Of a stretch of 64,000 bases of DNA, positions 13,720 to 28,516 are shown piece by piece. This DNA comes from Octopus vulgaris (Eukaryota). The translations under genes and the position numbers were made by a program. Location of the stretch: assembly GCA_951406725.2 (NCBI GenBank), contig OX597837.1, positions 2,604,001 to 2,668,000 on the forward strand, written 5' to 3'. Numbering within the stretch: position 1 is the stretch's first letter; every line of letters begins with the position of its first letter. The notes beneath the pieces were generated by a model that was not told the DNA's origin, searched no databases, and saw nothing but the letters and a program-made list of their open reading frames with translations.

Positions 13720-13960
13720 ACATATGGAACAATACAAAGACAAAAAACAGTAGGGATTAAGAAAGAAATTGATAGCAAAATTCCCGCAATAACGGTAGTG
13801 AAGTATCACCCAGGGGCAAACAAAGAACCCCACGGCTAAAAAAAACACATCCACGAGCTCCATACGAACACGTGATGTTTTCTCTGTTGACCTCCAGCAT
13901 TCTATGAAGAGACTGTATTTGATGGCGTGATTCAATTGAGGAAAATTCGAGCAAACTGGA
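13720..13960 (+). pseudogene. Possible Penelope-like element ORF remnant (thumb/linker region)
   Basis: Peptide KKEIDSKIPAITVVKYHPGANKEPHG*KKHIHELHTN resembles the IP-x-V-x-x-YHP...KH-x-H-x-L stretch remembered from PLE proteins. Judged by eye only. Confidence 0.35.
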
Positions 13961-14220
13961 TCAAATTAAGATGGGTGGCAGTGACAGAGTCAGGCAAAAA
14001 CCATGGAAACCCAAGCAGATATCCTTAACTTATATAATCAACTTTGGGGCTACGTGCCTTAATTGTGGCCTCTTTGTCGTAAGATTGTGCTTTCGATTCG
14101 TGAAAACGGGTGATGTGCTGTGTACTTGAGCAAAACGCTTTAGTTCACGTTGCTCCAGTCCGTTCATCTAACAAAATCGAGTGTTCCTGCGACGGGTCGC
14201 CTCCCATCCGATCGGAAATA

Positions 14221-14431
14221 CAGCAATCTCTCGACTATCGCGGGTGTTAGGTTCCAAAAGCACTCGCTATGAAGTAGAAACAGTACTGTACTGTATATAT
14301 CTATTTTTATTCTTTTTATAATTTGCATATATTTATTTTATTATAAATACAAAACAACACCACGGAGGAATCGACGTAAGCTTAAATGATAAATCGCAAT
14401 AGATGAACCGCAATATGGCGAGTGATTACCG
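14221..14431. mobile_element. Tigger/pogo-type MITE, 211 bp
   Basis: Imperfect TIRs CAGCAATCTCTCGACTATCGCGG and CCGCAATATGGCGAGTGATTACCG, with TA on both flanks. Confidence 0.7.
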
Positions 14432-15983
14432 TAAATGAACCGCGGAAACCGAGAGAGCAACTTTACGAGGCTATACGAGTCGCGAAAGAGCTTTACCCGT
14501 TTTATACAAACAGCAGGTATCTACTGCTAGGCTACAGTATTCATTCACACACACACGCGCGCACACACACACGCGCACACACACACGCGCACACACACAC
14601 GCGCACACACACACACATTGATTTTGTCTTTCGTCCTTCTGAGGAGTGGTAGTATATTATGATGGCACAACGAAATACGTTTTCCCTACCTGTAACTAAT
14701 ATGTACGTACCAGTTGTTAGGAATGCGTTTAAATATAAAATTGCTCTATCCCTTTGTGCTACACCGCCAAATAAATTTAGTGGCTATGTAAGCAATTTGG
14801 TCGTGGATGGTTAATGGGTTGGCTGTGGTACTGAAGAAAGATCAATAATTCCCGAAATATGCATATACACCCATTACCTTTGTTTTTCTATCTTTGATCG
14901 CATTGTTTACATAGACGTTTTCGTATACGAAACGTAACTTTCAGTACTGGGTTTCATTTCTATAGAAAATCTGTAAAAATGACTTTAAAAAAGTATCGGT
15001 AAAGTACTGCAATGTAACATGATTGACTGTTACCTCAATTCCACCGCCATCATTTATGATGTTGTTTTTGCTGAGAAATCAGTTTTGCCTGAAGGTTGCG
15101 ATTAAACTAATAACAAGCTCTTTGATTCTTTTTCACTTCTTTCCTTCCTTTTTCATCTTTTCTCCCTTTTTCTCTTTTCTCTATTCTTCTTTCATATTTT
15201 CTTCTTTTTCTCCCTTTTTCCCTTTTCCTTCTGCCTCCACCTTCTTTTCCTATTTCTTCTTTTCCCTCCTTCTTCTTCTCCTCCTTTTATTCCTTTTCTT
15301 CTTTCTTCCTTCTCTTTTCCCTCTTCACCTTTACTCATTCCTCTGATTTTCTTCTTTTCGCTTCTTCCTCGTCTTCTCCTCCATTCGTTCTTATTCGTCT
15401 TCTTCTCCTTCCGTTCTTTTCTTCGTCTTCTCCATTCTTTCTTATACATCTCTTTCTCATTTCGTTCTTTCTTTGTCTGATTCTACGTCGCTTTCTCTTC
15501 TCCTTCATCTTCTCCACTCCATGTTCTTCTCCCCCACCGCTACCAAAACCTTCCCTATGCTATCAACTCTCCCTTCTTATCAATATACACAACCGATGTC
15601 TCTACAAGATTCTGGAACATTCCCATAACATGGCTGACTTAACGTGGAGAAAGTTTTCACTAAATTCTCGCTGATTCCATCCTGGTCTGAAAACCAATAA
15701 ATAACGTAGCTTGATCGATCTATATTTTAATAATTCATCGATTAAGATGCACTTAACGTCCTCTTTTATTTACTCTCAACATTCTTCTGGGTGTGAAATT
15801 AATATCTTTGAGAAGGAAACGTAACCGATTTAGTTCGACCGACGGATGAATGAATTGGAATAAAAGAAGATTGGAAAAGCGGGTAGGGTTTGAGGAGGGT
15901 TGGGGGGGAGGTGCAATATGGGTGGAGGGGTGGGTGGTGGAAGATGGGTACATAGATAAGGTTAAAGAGATAGACAATCAGAC

Positions 15984-16022
<39 letters not shown>

Positions 16023-16076
16023 CATACAGACAACAGACGGATGGATGGATGCAACAGAGAGACAAATATATATGGG

Positions 16077-16107
<31 letters not shown>

Positions 16108-16192
16108 AATACGTGTAAAAAGTTTATATGTACATACATATATATATATATATATTTATAGATATATATATACATATATATATATGCATATA

Positions 16193-16248
<56 letters not shown>

Positions 16249-16254
16249 TATATA

Positions 16255-16460
16255 CAAACATGAAAACACAAACAGAAAACACAACACGAGGACGTGGAAC
16301 AAGTATAGTATTATTGGACGCTCAGGAAAGAAGGAGAGAAGGAGGGTTTAACGTTTCGAGCGGAGCTCTTCGTCGGAAACATAGGAGAAGGAAAGATCCA
16401 AAGAAGGAAAGACGGAGGAAAAAAAATCGCCAACGGTACACACGCGGTCACATTTTGAAT
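16255..16460 (-). mobile_element. Short non-coding repeat with a minimal hammerhead-like motif (16346-16380), between (TA)n tracts
   Basis: Minus strand reads gttt-CCGACGA-a-gagc-tcc-gctc-GAAA-cg-TT-aaac. Related copies lie at 3751-3840 and 43770-43970. Confidence 0.6.
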
Positions 16461-16479
16461 GTGTATATATATATATATG

Positions 16480-16529
<50 letters not shown>

Positions 16530-16550
16530 TGCATAGAAATATACATACGT

Positions 16551-16611
<61 letters not shown>

Positions 16612-16659
16612 GAGATAGAGAGATAGGTAGGTAGGTAGGTAGGTAGGTAGGTAGGTAGG

Positions 16660-16815
<156 letters not shown>

Positions 16816-17026
16816 AAAAGTAAGAAACAAACAAACAAACAAAGATAAATGTCTTTACCTAATCATCCGTACAGAGGTATTTCTCGATACAAGACGACCG
16901 AAAGAGTTTTTTCCTCATTTTCCTATCTTATCTTCTAAATCTCCTTCCCCGCTACCGCTCCTGATCATTGAATTTTAACATGTTGTTAACAGCTTGTCTT
17001 TACAATTACACACACACATACACACG

Positions 17027-17058
<32 letters not shown>

Positions 17059-17266
17059 ATACTATATATTATATTACATCATACATTCATAGTTGTATTC
17101 AAATTTATGCGTACCTATGTACTTATGTATTTATATGTATATTATATATGTGTGTGTGCGTATATGCACTTATGTATTTTCATATATCCATATATGTTTG
17201 TACACATATATACATAAATGTATGTGTGTGTATATATGTATGTATATATATATATATATATGTGTG

Positions 17267-17313
<47 letters not shown>

Positions 17314-17341
17314 ATGTATATATGCATGTATACGTACATAT

Positions 17342-17374
<33 letters not shown>

Positions 17375-17498
17375 GAGGAGGAGAGAGGGAGGGAGAGGTG
17401 AGATAGATACGTACATACATGCATGTATAAATACATATATATAAATAGATAGATAAAATGTTTATACATATATATGCGTATATATGTATATATATATT

Positions 17499-17569
<71 letters not shown>

Positions 17570-18283
17570 GTGTGTATATATGTATATATTTGTGTATATA
17601 TATATATATGTGTGTATATATATATGTATATATATATATATGTATGTAAGTATATATATATGCGTGTATATACAAATATATATAAATATATATGTGTGTA
17701 TGTGTATGTATATATATATGTATATATATATATATATATGTATGTAAGTATATATATATGCGTATATATATGTATATGTATATATATACATATATATATG
17801 CGTGTATATACAAATATATATAAATATATGTATATATATATATGTGTGTGTGTGTGTGTATGTGTGTGTGTATGTATGTGTATGTATGTATGTGTATATA
17901 AATATTAGACCAATTAGTGGCAGACTTCTCTCGATTTCTCCCCGACCAATGTACATAGCCCCACCCCCACCCGTCGTCCCCATCTCACGATCGACCTAAG
18001 CTCTTAGTGTATGTTTTATGGATTATAACGATTGTGATGCAATCAAACCGAAACTAAGAAAAGCAGAAATTGATGCCCTGAAGGGGTTCTGCCTTGGAAA
18101 TTGGCCACCACCGAGATGTTATTCAACACGTTGCGTTTTGATTTGCTTTCTCGTTTTGTGGGTATTTTTTTTTTTTTGTGGGTCTATTGGTTTTCTCAGA
18201 TAAGAAAGTATGTTGTTTTTGAGATTCTGTTAAAGAATATATTATAGAAAGAGTGGTATATTTCGATATGTAGATAGATAGAC

Positions 18284-18366
<83 letters not shown>

Positions 18367-18379
18367 CAGATAGATAGAC

Positions 18380-18456
<77 letters not shown>

Positions 18457-18527
18457 TGTTTCTTTATTAGCCACACAGGGCTGCACACAGATAGAACAAA
18501 TTACAAGGTAGAGCTTTTCTTTTGAAG

Positions 18528-18561
<34 letters not shown>

Positions 18562-19267
18562 AGGGGGAGTTTCGATCAAAAGGGATCGTAAAAGGAGAGA
18601 AAGAGGACAAAAAAAAGGGGGGTTAAAAAAAAAGGGGGAGAGGAAAAAAAAATTGATCAATAGGGATCGTTATCACAGAAATGTCAATATGAAGTGTAAA
18701 GGGGAGGACAGGTGAGGTTTACCCGTGGAAAGAAAAGCCTACGGAAAAGACCACGGTAACCTCGGTCAATGAAGTCACATTTTATATTTCTTTTTTTTTT
18801 TTGCAAATAAGCAACTCTCTGTTTTCGATTTCTGGGTTCATAGGACTATGCTCAAGGTGGCTTCGTCATTCATACGTGCCATTCTTGCTACATTCACCCA
18901 TCTTTTTTTAAAACATTCGCTAGACAAAACTTGCCTCTCTACTCTCACTTTCCTTTTCAAGTGGTACTTGAAGAAGTTGATGAGAGATTGACCAGAGAGG
19001 AAAGTGTTTGTCTCCAATCCTTTCAGACGCGTCCACCAGATACATTCTTTCGCCATAGCCACAAGGATGATGAAAATAGCTCTTCCTTCCCGTTTGAAGG
19101 AAGGAGGCGTGACAATATTGACGATAGACTCAGCTGATAAACCGACTCGTCCCACACGTGACAGCAGTTGTTCGACATAAGCCCACAGGTCGGAAATTGT
19201 TGGACACTGAACGAGTGCGTGCAGAACGGTTTCGTCGCTCTGACCGCATCTCGGGCAGGTCGGCCCC
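18457..19267 (-). mobile_element. 3' end of a Tx1/L1-group LINE (C-terminal zinc finger and 3' UTR) inside (TCTA)n
   Basis: GPTCPRCGQSDETVLHALVQCP..W..AKECIWWTR is typical of the ORF2 C-terminal CCHC region. The 3' UTR ends AATAAAGAAACA, and (TAGA)n lies at both ends. Confidence 0.8.
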
Positions 19268-19459
19268 ATAGATAGATAGATAGATACAGACAGACAGACA
19301 GACAGACAGATAGACAGACAGACAAGCAGGTAGGCCGGTAGGCAGGCTGACAGATATGTAGACATAAATAGTTAGGTAAATAAATTGATATATAGAAAGG
19401 TAGATATATACATACATACTTAAATACATGGATATATTTACATATATACGTACATATAT

Positions 19460-19505
<46 letters not shown>

Positions 19506-19717
19506 ACCTACATATATTCTAATACCTACATATATTCTATATACATATATATATGTATGTATGTATGTATGCATGTGTAATTCTGCTTCAATAAAGCATA
19601 TACTCTGCAATGTGTATTGAGCACTCATCTCTCATTCATTGGACACAATTTACTATTTGTGTGCGTGTGTTTGTGCACGCTTATGCACATGCATGTATTG
19701 AGAGAGAGGGAGAGAGT

Positions 19718-19767
<50 letters not shown>

Positions 19768-20342
19768 GGCGGACAGGCGGACAGACGGACAGACAGAGAG
19801 CTTGTACAAACCACTTCAATCCGTTTTTCTTGTTCAGATCTTCGATAAACCGTTGGAAACTTCCCTTATACTTCCATACACACATACCTATACATAGATA
19901 CACACACACACACACACACACACACATATCTATATACACATATGTACACACACACACACACAGACATATACACATACACATATTCTGTCCAACAGACCTC
20001 CAAAGTGAGCATCAAGTGAAACAGCCTCATACAGTCTGCGGTGAGAAAAGGTGTGGAAGAAAGGGCGGAGCGGTGGTGGGGGACAAAACCTATAAGGGTC
20101 AAAGTTACTTCTCCCTTTTCCTCTGATTAAATCTGTAAATAAATAAATAAAATATGTAAAATAACAAAATATCATGAAATTTAAATAAAAATAAAATTAA
20201 TAAAAAAATTCACCTTCAAACCTCGTCTCTTACTGGTTTAAATTGCAAAGCTTTCAAACTGATGAACCGGTTAATTCAATTTATTTGCCAATACTTAATT
20301 GAAATAGCAATTTTTACAAATTTATTATTATTATTTTTATTA

Positions 20343-20400
<58 letters not shown>

Positions 20401-20497
20401 CGTGTTTATTTATTTTTTTTTAAAATTCGGTTCATTTAAAATTTATTTTAGAAATTTACGAATTTTTCAAAATTTAGGAAAAATAATGATAGTCCTG

Positions 20498-20582
<85 letters not shown>

Positions 20583-20961
20583 TAATAATGATAATAAAAA
20601 CAATAATAATAATAACAATAATATATATATATATGCATATATATATACATGCACACATATACATATATATATATATGCATGTATGTATACGTATGTGTAT
20701 GCATGTATCTATATATATATATGCATGTATGTATACGTGTGTATATGCATGTATATATATATATGTATGTGTGTATGTAAGTATGTATGTATATATGTAT
20801 GTATGTATGTGTGTGTGTATGTATGTATATATATATCTTATGATATAAAGTAAATATAAGCTCAGAAAATAAGAATACTTGAATTTAATTTCACGCATAC
20901 ATCTTTTTTTGTCCGTGTGTCTGTATACGTGCGTCAATGTATCTGCGTATGTGTACCTGTT

Positions 20962-20993
<32 letters not shown>

Positions 20994-21133
20994 TGTGACT
21001 CTGTGTGTGTGTGTGTGTGTGCGAGCGTGCTTTGATTTAGTTTACTTCGTTGTTGACCCTATTAAAATCATGACCAAAATTATTATTATTATTATTGTCA
21101 CTATTATTATTATTACTATCACTATTGTTGTTG

Positions 21134-21187
<54 letters not shown>

Positions 21188-21271
21188 GTATCATTATTAT
21201 TATTATTATTATTATCATCGTCGTCGTCGTCATTATCATCATCATCGTCGTCGTCGTCATTATCATCATCG

Positions 21272-21401
<130 letters not shown>

Positions 21402-21803
21402 CATTGCTATTATTATTATCATCATCAAATATTATTAATAGGATTAGTATTCCGAATACTGCTGTTGCTTCTATAATTTTCTATGATGTTTGGTTTTAAT
21501 TTGTGTCTTTTTTTTATTATTATTTTATTTTCTTTCAAAGGAATTTTTTTCTATTCCATTCCATTTTATCTTCAAGGAAATTTTCTGCAGGGAAAAAGTT
21601 TCCATATTTTTATGTAAACTAATGTACTTCTGACGTATGTTTGACTTTTTGTGTGTGTGTGGGTGTGTATGTGCGTGTGTGTGTGCGTGTATGTGTGCGT
21701 GTGTGTGTGGGTGCGTGTGTGTGTTCGTGTGTGTATGTATGAGTGTGTGTGCGTGTGTGTATGTATGTATGTGTGTGCCTGAATGTGTTTGTATATATAT
21801 ATG

Positions 21804-21845
<42 letters not shown>

Positions 21846-21933
21846 AAATATATATATACATATATATATATATACCATATATATGTATCGATAAATATTT
21901 ATATATGTAGATATCATATATATATATATATAG

Positions 21934-21977
<44 letters not shown>

Positions 21978-22077
21978 TATATATATATACATATACATAT
22001 GTTTATATGAGCATATATATATATGTGTGTATGTATCCGTATATATATGTTTGAGTACATATATATATATACATACA

Positions 22078-22125
<48 letters not shown>

Positions 22126-22577
22126 GTATATGCATGCTACATGTATGTGTGTATAAAAGATATGTCTGAGTTAAAGTCAGAGACCATATTTTGGTTTTTG
22201 ATGGTATTATTATTATCATTATTATTATTGTTATTATTGTTGTTGTTGTTGTTACCTCATCATTATCATATACATTATCAATATCGATATTTTTTATTGT
22301 TAGTATACCAATCAATATTAACTTTAACCATCTACGTCATCGTCATCATCATCATCCACATCATCATCGTCATCATCATCCACATCATCATCGTCATCAT
22401 CATCAACATCATTACAATTACACACGTCATCATCATCAGCAGCAGCAGCATTATCGTCATCATCATCATCCACATCATTATCGTCATTATTATCACACCA
22501 CCACCATCGCCACTTATGTCATAATTATCAGTATAGTTCTTAATTATCCTTCTTGTCATTATTGCCAACAATCCTCC

Positions 22578-22662
<85 letters not shown>

Positions 22663-23356
22663 CGCTGCCAACATCCTACTTATTTTCATCATCATCATCG
22701 TCGTCATCATCATCATCATCGTTATCCTCATCATCATCGTTATCATCATCATCGTTGTCATCATTCTTGTCATCATCATCATCATCATCGCCGTCTACTT
22801 CAGCAACAGCCACGACGACGACGACGACAATGATTACGTCACCGACGGGGAAAGAAACTAAAACCATATCAGAGAAATATGGTGTTGCTGTTGTTGTTGG
22901 TGTCATTTTTTAAATAAAAAGAAAAAGGCAACATGATCATGGAATTGAATATATTGATTCGTTTCGACGATAACTTCTTGTGTATAGATTATTCGGAAAC
23001 AGTGAATTGGATATTGGTTTCGAGATATAACTAATTGTATTGTGTGTGTGCATGTGTGTGTGTGTGTGTGTGTGTATGTGTGTGTGTGTGTGTGTGTGTG
23101 CATAGAAATATATGTGAACATATATATACGTAATGTACGTGTATGCGTATGTATATATATATATATATATAATATATACATTATATATGTGTATATATAT
23201 ATATATATATACATATATCTATATAATGTATGTGTATATATAAATATGTATACATTATACATAACAATATACATACATATGTTTACATACAAATATATAC
23301 ATATATTGACATGCACAAATGTATACATATATACATACCTATTCATACATATATAC

Positions 23357-23391
<35 letters not shown>

Positions 23392-23498
23392 TGTATGTAT
23401 GTATGTATGTATGTATGTATATATGTATGTATGTATGTATGTGTGTATGTATGTATGTATGTATGCATGCATGCATGTATGTATGCATACACACACAC

Positions 23499-23541
<43 letters not shown>

Positions 23542-23779
23542 TAAGGGTAGAAATTGATATTTATCAATTAAGACCAGTGGTCTAGCATATTAAAAAAGAA
23601 TCCGAAGATTAAAATATTTATATATACCAATTAAGGACTGAACACGAAAAGTGGACAGTCAACATGCTAGATATAGACGTCAAATCGCCGTTCACCACAA
23701 AAGATTATGTTCTCAGATCAAACTCAACACAAAACCATAGCAATAAACAAGTGAAAAATATACGAAATAAAATAATTAC

Positions 23780-23844
23780 CCATGTACTAACTTAGTTTCA
23801 GCTGTTATTTTCCGCAAGGAAAACTGCAGCCATCATCAGCATGG
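23780..23844 (-). ncRNA. Type I hammerhead ribozyme motif (inverted copy)
   Basis: Exact reverse complement of 23901-23965. Confidence 0.8.
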
Positions 23845-23900
23845 TCCGTTATAAATGTAATTTGCTGGACTAGATGCAAACACGATACCGAAATATCGGA

Positions 23901-23965
23901 CCATGCTGATGATGGCTGCAGTTTTCCTTGCGGAAAATAACAGCTGAAACTAAGTTAGTACATGG
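23901..23965 (+). ncRNA. Type I hammerhead ribozyme motif
   Basis: ccatg-CTGATGA-t-ggctg[cag ttttcc ttgc ggaaaa taa]cagct-GAAA-ctaa g ttag-TA-catgg. Predicted cleavage after GUA at 23960. Confidence 0.85.
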
Positions 23966-24407
23966 GTAATTATTTTATTTCGTATATTTTTCACTTGTTT
24001 ATTGCTATGGTTTTGTGTTGAGTTTGATCTGAGAACATAATCTTTTGTGGTGAACGGCGATTTGACGTCTATATCTAGCATGTTGACTGTCCACTTTTCG
24101 TGTTCAGTCCTTAATTGGTATATATAAATATTTTAATCTTCGGATTCTTTTTTAATATGCTAGACCACTGGTCTTAATTGATAAATATCAATTTCTACCC
24201 TTAATTAATTTTATATAAATAAATATGTTCTCTAACCGATAAATTAACTGCTGCTAATTATTAGCTGCAGGCTAGTTTTCTCGGGTTTCAACGCGCCAAA
24301 GTAAAGGCATTTGAAAGATATATTCAAATGTAATAGGCTGAACTCCATGCACGCGATATTTCGGTATCGTGTTTGCATCTAGTCCAGCAAATTACATTTA
24401 TAACGGA

Positions 24408-24472
24408 CCATGCTGATGATGGCTGCAGTTTTCCTTGCGGAAAATAACAGCTGAAACTAAGTTAGTACATGG
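24408..24472 (+). ncRNA. Type I hammerhead ribozyme motif (tandem copy)
   Basis: Identical to 23901-23965. Predicted cleavage after 24467. Confidence 0.85.
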
Positions 24473-24623
24473 GTAATTATTTTATTTCGTATATTTTTCA
24501 CTTGTTTATTGCTATGGTTTTGTGTTGAGTTTGATCTGAGAACATAATCTTTTGTGGTGAACGGCGATTTGACGTCTATATCTAGCATGTTGACTGTCCA
24601 CTTTTCGTGTTCAGTCCTTAATT

Positions 24624-24687
<64 letters not shown>

Positions 24688-25553
24688 CACGGGGTGCGGG
24701 GAATAAATTGTCGTCTAAGTTATGCAAAAATTAAAATAACACTGACATCAAATTCTAACAAATATATTTACCAAAATTGCATTAAAGTGTTTTAAAATTC
24801 TAAAAGTAAATTTATTCAATAAAATCGCCATTGGCTTCAACCACGACCTCCAGATGACTTTGAAATCTCTTGTAACTCTTCTGGATGGTCTCCTTGTTTA
24901 AGTTAGTGAATGCTACCATAATCCTTCAGTTCATCTTTGGGGTTACAAGGAGTTTTGTTGGTCTCTCGTTCAATAGCACCCCACACATAATAATCAAGGA
25001 GGTTGCTGTCTGGAGAGTTAGGTGGCCAGATGTTAGGAGTGATGTGGTCGCAGAAATTATCTGACAGCCATGACTAGGTTCTCCTTCTTGTGTGGCATGG
25101 TGCAGAGTCCTCTTGCCAGACATATAGCCTTCCAGCAGACATCCTCTTGACCTAGGGCAGCACTCCTCCAGGCACTTGATGTAGGCCTCCATGTTGAGTC
25201 TGAGACCGTGAAGGAAGATGAATGGAGGCATAACACCACCATCAATGGGGATCACTCCAAACACCATGATGTTGGCTGGATGTTTGATTTTTATCACTCT
25301 CGGTACATGTCCTAAGATTGACACCCAAACACTCTGAAATATTCGTATTGGAGCTTCCGGTGCGAATGCCAAGCAGTGAAGCATCTTTTTTTCAAATTTC
25401 TGGAAAAGTGAATTGTGTAATGGTGCTGTTCTTCTCACAAACGGTACCCAACTGACCCTACTATACTGTGTAGTCGACAAAATGAAAAACAAACAATGCA
25501 CATGCGCGAAATTAAAAATATAAAATGGTGACAATTTACCCAAATGCACCTTG
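24688..25553 (-). mobile_element. Deleted Tc1/mariner transposon (maT/DD37D-like)
   Basis: Imperfect TIRs (..GGTGC....TAAATTGTC) with TA flanks. Transposase remnants KHPANIMVFGVI..GGVMPPFIF..GLRLN.EAYIKCL and WPPNSPD.NLLDYYVWG. Confidence 0.8.
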
Positions 25554-25632
25554 TATATGTGTGTCTGTATATCATGTATATGGATATGCATACATATACA
25601 TACATACATACATACATACACACATACATATA

Positions 25633-25703
<71 letters not shown>

Positions 25704-26017
25704 TGTTATTCTTTTATTCTTTTCTTTGTTTTAGTTATCTGATTGCAGCCATGCTGTGGCACCGCCTTTAGTCGAACAGATCGACCGCATGAATTATTCT
25801 TTGTAAGCCTAGTAGGGTGGCTGTGTGCAGGATGGAAGAGCCTTTTGTAGGCTTAGGAGTAAGAGAGAGGAGTTGAGCTGGAAGCCAGGAGGAGAAGAGG
25901 AGCAGTGATTTGGTCACCTCTGCTGAGCGACCAACGGGAGGTTGTTACGGTTCAGGGTCGAAACAGCTGATGAACAATGGATACCGTCTGACAATGTCGG
26001 TTCCTGCAGGTGTTGTT

Positions 26018-26057
<40 letters not shown>

Positions 26058-26163
26058 TGCATATACATACTTATTTATACATACATATGCATGCATAGAC
26101 AGATACAGACAGATACAGACAGGTAGTCAAACAGGCAGACATAGATAGATAGATAGATAAATT

Positions 26164-26280
<117 letters not shown>

Positions 26281-27057
26281 TTCTTGGTCACTCGACGCTG
26301 AGGATTCAGTTGTTTGATCTCAACCGAATAACCTGCCCTTGAATTAAATGTATAAGTGGCTGAATATTCCACAGACACATGTGCCATTAATGTAATCCTT
26401 GTGTAGAATCAATCAGAATAACAAAGAGTGACAGGGTTGTAGCTTTTGAGAGAGTTGAGCAATATACTCGACGATCTTCACTAAAGCTTCCATCAATCCC
26501 GTTTCACTCACAAAGTAGGAATCCCCTCCTGTGGCTACAGAAATGATATTTGGCCAAATGCTACCTCGTAGGATCGAACCCGAGACCTCACGATTGCAAA
26601 AAGGAGCTTCTTAACCATTCGGCCATACTCCGGCATATGTTGGGTGCGTTTGTGTTTCAGTGTGTGAGTGGGGAGTGCATACATTTCTGCTGAGTCACAG
26701 ATAGACCATCACATCCGGTTTACGTCAAACATCACATGACTATTCACCTATCCGCCATTTCCTTCTTCTGAGATATCAAACATCCGGTTAAATAGTTTTC
26801 TGAAGCCATCCTATGAAATGATCATGTAGTGAACCTACCTGCCTATACACACACACACGCGCACATACACACACACACACACACATACACACACATACAT
26901 TTACTGGCAAAATCTCACGTACCCGTACATACATACACGCTAACGTTCACGTACAGTCACAAATACACATAGACACACCTACTTAGATTTTTGATACATA
27001 TGTATGTATATATATATATATATTGGCTAAACTGGCAATATGACCATTCCGAAATAT

Positions 27058-27110
<53 letters not shown>

Positions 27111-27116
27111 CATACA

Positions 27117-27147
<31 letters not shown>

Positions 27148-27193
27148 TTGGTGAGAGAAAGAGAGAGGGGGATAGAGAGATTGATAAATATAC

Positions 27194-27240
<47 letters not shown>

Positions 27241-27285
27241 AGACATATTTATATGTATATATATATGTATATATATATGTATATG

Positions 27286-27368
<83 letters not shown>

Positions 27369-27518
27369 AGAGAGAGAGAGACCAGAGAGACATAACATTA
27401 ATATAACGATATATGTATGTATGTGTATATGTAGATATATGTGTGTGTGCATGTATGTATGCATGTTCTATATTTGTAGTTGTATGTGTATATGTATGTA
27501 TCTATGTGTGTATGTATG

Positions 27519-28516
<998 letters not shown>

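Larger units (their letters stand above)
23528..24633. mobile_element. ORF-less hammerhead element: inverted copy plus partial tandem (Penelope pLTR / retrozyme-like), flanked by (TA)n
   Basis: Arms 23528-23848 and 23897-24217 form a 321-bp inverted repeat with a 48-bp loop. 24354-24633 is the reverse complement of 23619-23898. The tandem period is 507 bp. Confidence 0.85.

Noticed and set aside
19996-20040. 45-nt plus-strand candidate microexon (caacag|...G|gtgaga)
   Set aside because: The splice signals are plausible, but the exon is isolated, has no recognisable peptide, and lies on the opposite strand to the other candidates.
23528-24217. Interpretation as a MITE or foldback DNA transposon
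   Set aside because: A third tandem copy, the hammerhead motifs and a solo diverged copy with a fixed 3' end fit retrotransposition better than TIR-based mobility.
25915-25975. CTGAGCGACC...GGTC-GAAA-CAGCTG
   Set aside because: The core is not CUGANGA, and there is no UH site or stem I.
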